Shown one piece after another: positions 25,644-28,623 of a stretch of 28,623 bases of DNA. The stretch spans positions 1 to 28,623 of the forward strand of contig CAZYYL010000002.1 in assembly GCA_964651425.1 (NCBI GenBank), given 5' to 3'. The notes beneath the pieces are model-generated. The model searched no databases, was not told the DNA's origin, and worked only from the letters and a program-made list of their open reading frames with translations. The translations under genes were made by a program, and so were the position numbers. The stretch comes from an uncultured Microbacteriaceae bacterium (GTDB taxonomy: Bacteria > Actinomycetota > Actinomycetes > Actinomycetales > Microbacteriaceae). How positions within the stretch are numbered: the first letter of the stretch is position 1; every line of letters begins with the position of its first letter.

Positions 25644-26927
25644 CTAGGCGCGAACGAACCGCGCAACCGCCTCGACGTGATGCGTGTGCGGGAACAAGTC
25701 GTGCGCCTCGAGGTGCGCCAACTCATAGCCACTCTGAGTCAGCAGGTGCGCATCCCGAGCCACTGCCACCGGGTCACACGCGACATACACAATCTGCGCG
25801 GGGGCCAGCTCGGCGAGCGCCGCGACGACGGCTCGGCCGGCACCCGAACGAGGCGGGTCGAGCACGACCGTGGCCGCGGCGAGGCGCGAACGGTCGACCG
25901 CCGAGGCGGTCGCGATGAGCTCTTCGAGAAAGTGGTCGACACGAGCGGTCACAGCACGAGCGCCGACCCAGTCGGCGAGGTTTTCGGACGCAAACTCGGT
26001 CGCCTCTTCGTCGAGCTCGACGCTTGTCATGCGCGTGGTTGTTCCGAACGCGTCACCCATCGCCGCGGCGAGCAGGCCGACACCACCGTAGAGGTCGAGG
26101 TTTGCCGCGCGCGGGTCGAACATTTGGTCATCGATTGCTCGGGTGACCGCCTCGGTCAACACGAGTGGTGCGCGGCGGTGGACTTGCCAGAATCCGGATG
26201 CACGCAATCGGAATTCGCGATCCCCGACGCGCTGCGTGATGAGTGGCGCTTTCGTTGAGTCTTTGTCGCGCGACTCGAGTGCGACCACACCACTGTCGGC
26301 ATCGACGAGTGTGACGCCGTCGACTCCGCGCAAGTTCGCCCCGAGTGGCGCCGACTCTTGAATCTTGCGCGTCGCAAGCGGAAGGCTAGCCACGCGCACC
26401 ACCCGGTGACTTCGAATGGCGTACGGGCCGACGTTGCCCTCGTCGTCGACGTGCAAGAACTCGCGCGTGCGGTAGCCAAGACCGTTCGTCTCGTCGTCAC
26501 CGGGGGCCGACGAAACCGTGACCTTCGTATCGATTTTGGCCATGCGTGTGAACGAATCGGTGAGCACGAATGCTTTCAGCTCGCGCTGGTGGGCAAGTTC
26601 AATGTGGCCGAAGTCGGCGCCGCCAGGTCGCACGGCCGGGTCGCGCTCGATGCGCGCTTCGTCCCACACGTGTTCGCGACGGAACTTCGATGGCGCGAGC
26701 ACCTCAATGGTGTCGGCACGCCAGAAACTCTTCTGTGAGTCGTCGGTGACGCGGGCGCGAACGCGTTCGCCGGGAATCGCATCCGTGACGAAAATCACCC
26801 GACCGTCATGTCGAGCGACGAAGACACCGCCGTGAGCCACGTTGGTAATGTCGAGTTCGACCTCGGTTCCTAAGAAACCGGCCGATCGGGTGACGGTCGG
26901 TCGGACATTGCGGGGTCGTGGGCTCAC
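25644..26927 (-). CDS. TRAM-domain class I SAM-dependent RNA methyltransferase (RlmD/TrmA family), about 427 aa
   Basis: TRAM domain VAHGG.FVAR...IFV..AIPGE, then FWQVH, LDLYGGVG, VLDPPRSG, catalytic YVACDP and DLFPHTHHVE. Start GTG 26927 (alternative ATG 26939). Confidence 0.9.
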   Translation of the reverse strand: MSPRPRNVRPTVTRSAGFLGTEVELDITNVAHGGVFVARHDGRVIFVTDAIPGERVRARVTDDSQKSFWRADTIEVLAPSKFRREHVWDEARIERDPAVRPGGADFGHIELAHQRELKAFVLTDSFTRMAKIDTKVTVSSAPGDDETNGLGYRTREFLHVDDEGNVGPYAIRSHRVVRVASLPLATRKIQESAPLGANLRGVDGVTLVDADSGVVALESRDKDSTKAPLITQRVGDREFRLRASGFWQVHRRAPLVLTEAVTRAIDDQMFDPRAANLDLYGGVGLLAAAMGDAFGTTTRMTSVELDEEATEFASENLADWVGARAVTARVDHFLEELIATASAVDRSRLAAATVVLDPPRSGAGRAVVAALAELAPAQIVYVACDPVAVARDAHLLTQSGYELAHLEAHDLFPHTHHVEAVARFVRA

Positions 26928-26934
26928 AGCATTG

Positions 26935-26943
26935 AGCATCCCA
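26935..26943 (-). promoter_or_regulatory. Putative extended -10 (TGG-GATGCT), leaderless methyltransferase
   Basis: GATGCT, 7 nt, then GTG 26927, with TGn immediately upstream. Confidence 0.4.
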
Positions 26944-26955
26944 CATCCACACACA

Positions 26956-26985
26956 GCCTTCACACCCCGAGCCCTCACACCCCGA
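26956..26985. repeat. 15-bp direct tandem repeat GCC(T/C)TCACACCCCGA x2
   Basis: GCCTTCACACCCCGA (26956-26970) and GCCCTCACACCCCGA (26971-26985), 14/15 identical. Confidence 0.8.
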
Positions 26986-27015
26986 CCACGCCTCGAGAAC
27001 CCGGCAGGACCCCTC

Positions 27016-27645
27016 ATGCGCCTTTACCTCGCCTCCACCTCACCTGCGCGACTTGCGACACTTCGCGCCGCCGGCATTGAGCCCGTCGTCGTCCCGAGCC
27101 AGGTAGATGAGGACGGCGCGGTTGCTGCGGCCGAACTCGAACGCGGTCAAGTGCTCGAGCCCGCCGAAATGGTGCTGTTGCTCGCACGCGCCAAGGCCGA
27201 AGCGGTCGTCGCGTCCGACGTGGACGGACTTGTGCTTGGTGGCGACTCCGCATTCGTGCTCGACGGGATCACCTATGGCAAACCGCACGAGCCCGATGTG
27301 GCCCGTGAACGTTGGCTCAAACAACGCGGACGCACCGGTGAGCTCTTCAGCGGCCACTGGCTGATACACGTGTCGAATGGCGAGGTTTTCGCCGCCGTGG
27401 GCGAAGTGGCTGTGGCCGGCGTGACCTTTGCGAATGACATCACGGATGCCGAACTCGACTCCTACATCGACTCGGGCGAACCTCTCCAGGTTGCCGGTGC
27501 CTTCACCATTGATTCCCTCGGCGGCCCGTTCATCGAGCGCATCGAGGGTGATCCATCCACCGTCATTGGTGTGAGTTTGCCCACCGTGCGCCGGCTCGCG
27601 AACAAACTCGGAGTGTTCTGGCCTGACCTCTGGAATCGCGCCTAG
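27016..27645 (+). CDS. maf: Maf family nucleoside triphosphate pyrophosphatase, 209 aa
   Basis: LYLASTSPAR, SQVDE, AKA, GGDS, YGKP, AGAFTI, GDPSTVIG. Start ATG 27016 with GCAGGA upstream. Confidence 0.92.
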   Translation: MRLYLASTSPARLATLRAAGIEPVVVPSQVDEDGAVAAAELERGQVLEPAEMVLLLARAKAEAVVASDVDGLVLGGDSAFVLDGITYGKPHEPDVARERWLKQRGRTGELFSGHWLIHVSNGEVFAAVGEVAVAGVTFANDITDAELDSYIDSGEPLQVAGAFTIDSLGGPFIERIEGDPSTVIGVSLPTVRRLANKLGVFWPDLWNRA

Positions 27646-27707
27646 TTAGCACCGCAAGTGGGTCGAGGTTCACCGCATCGGGAGCCCCACGCATCCCGCC
27701 CGCTCGC

Positions 27708-27713
27708 TAGGCT
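27708..27713 (+). promoter_or_regulatory. Putative -10 (TAGGCT), leaderless accA
   Basis: TAGGCT, 7 nt, then ATG 27721. Confidence 0.6.
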
Positions 27714-27720
27714 GACATGC

Positions 27721-28623
27721 ATGCCTCGCATTACTAAGGTCCTCATCGCCAACCGTGGCGAAATCGCTGTTCGTGTTATTCGCGCCGCGCGCGATTACGG
27801 CATTGGATCGGTCGCCGTCTACGCCGACCAAGACCGCGACAGCCTGCACGCCAAGCTCGCTGACGAGGCGTATGCACTCAACGGCATCACGAGCGCCGAG
27901 ACCTACCTCGTGATTGACAAGATTCTCGCTGTCGCCCGCCGAAGTGGCGCCGACGCTGTTCACCCCGGCTATGGCTTCCTCGCAGAGAACGCCGACTTCG
28001 CCCGTGCCGTCATTGACGCCGGCATGATCTGGATTGGTCCGAGTCCCGAGGCAATTGAGCGCCTGGGAGACAAGGTTTCGGCCCGTCACGTCGCTGAAAA
28101 AGTGGGCGCACCGCTCGCACCCGGAACCATCAACCCCGTCAACGACGCCAAAGAGGTTCTCGACTTTGTTGACCAGGTCGGCTTACCCGTTGCCATCAAG
28201 GCGGCATTCGGTGGTGGAGGTCGCGGACTCAAGGTTGCGCGCACTCGCGACGAGGTTGAATCCCAGTTTGAGTCGGCGACCCGTGAGGCCATTGCCGCCT
28301 TCGGTCGCGGTGAGTGTTTCGTCGAGAAGTACCTCGACCAGCCACGTCACGTCGAGACGCAGTGTCTCGCCGACGCACACGGCAACGTTGTCGTCGTTTC
28401 GACCCGCGACTGCTCGCTTCAGCGTCGCCACCAGAAGCTCGTCGAAGAGGCTCCCGCACCGTTCTTGACGGATGCGCAACTCGACATGCTCTACACCTCA
28501 TCGAAGGCCATCCTCAAAGAGGTCGGCTACCAAGGTGCCGGTACGTGCGAGTTTCTCATCGGTAAAGACGGCACCGTTTCGTTCCTCGAGGTCAACACCC
28601 GCTTGCAGGTGGAACACCCCGTC
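27721..28623 (+). CDS. accA: Biotin carboxylase / acyl-CoA carboxylase alpha subunit (AccA3/BccA type), first 301 aa, runs off the window
   Basis: Not in the ORF track. Reads [22 protein letters not shown]...[10 protein letters not shown]...[10 protein letters not shown]...[12 protein letters not shown]...[14 protein letters not shown]. Confidence 0.95.
   Translation, partial: MPRITKVLIANRGEIAVRVIRAARDYGIGSVAVYADQDRDSLHAKLADEAYALNGITSAETYLVIDKILAVARRSGADAVHPGYGFLAENADFARAVIDAGMIWIGPSPEAIERLGDKVSARHVAEKVGAPLAPGTINPVNDAKEVLDFVDQVGLPVAIKAAFGGGGRGLKVARTRDEVESQFESATREAIAAFGRGECFVEKYLDQPRHVETQCLADAHGNVVVVSTRDCSLQRRHQKLVEEAPAPFLTDAQLDMLYTSSKAILKEVGYQGAGTCEFLIGKDGTVSFLEVNTRLQVEHPV

Noticed and set aside
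25385-25732. 115-aa minus-strand ORF across the gap
   Set aside because: It starts inside the methyltransferase in another frame, has no RBS or motif, and the stems would be mismatched on that strand.
1-28623. CRISPR arrays, IS or prophage genes, tRNA or rRNA
   Set aside because: No repeat-spacer periodicity, no transposase or integrase motifs, and no cloverleaf or rRNA signatures seen.

Overview
High-GC actinobacterial core-genome window; gene order and protein signatures point to Microbacteriaceae/Micrococcales (inference). It is very compact, with no CRISPR array, transposase, integrase, tRNA or rRNA. About 28 CDS are supported: hpf (partial), comF, lpqB-mtrB-mtrA, ahcY, manB, DUF3499-type, zincin-like, DUF5719-type, a large GT2 membrane protein, whiB, manA, acyl-CoA dehydrogenase, an O-antigen ligase/Wzy-like protein, LCP, purE, purK, gtrA, a polyprenol-P-mannose synthase, a bPH protein, birA, accD/accE, a stand-alone TipAS domain, a TRAM RNA methyltransferase, maf and accA (partial). 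Many ORF-track starts are over-extended, and ten genes have a -10 hexamer 6-7 nt before the start codon (leaderless). The best novelty candidate is the 251-nt gap at 25393-25643, the largest in the window. It holds four consecutive helical elements whose nine non-Watson-Crick pairs are all G-U on the + strand, directly after the HTH-less TipAS gene, and matches no RNA family I recognise. Secondary leads are a Wzy/WaaL homologue that seems to lack its catalytic loop, a whiB-coupled GT2/DUF5719 module with a degenerate DxD, a palindrome in the whiB promoter, and a possible switch in the hpf leader. All family assignments are by motif recognition from memory; no searches were run.
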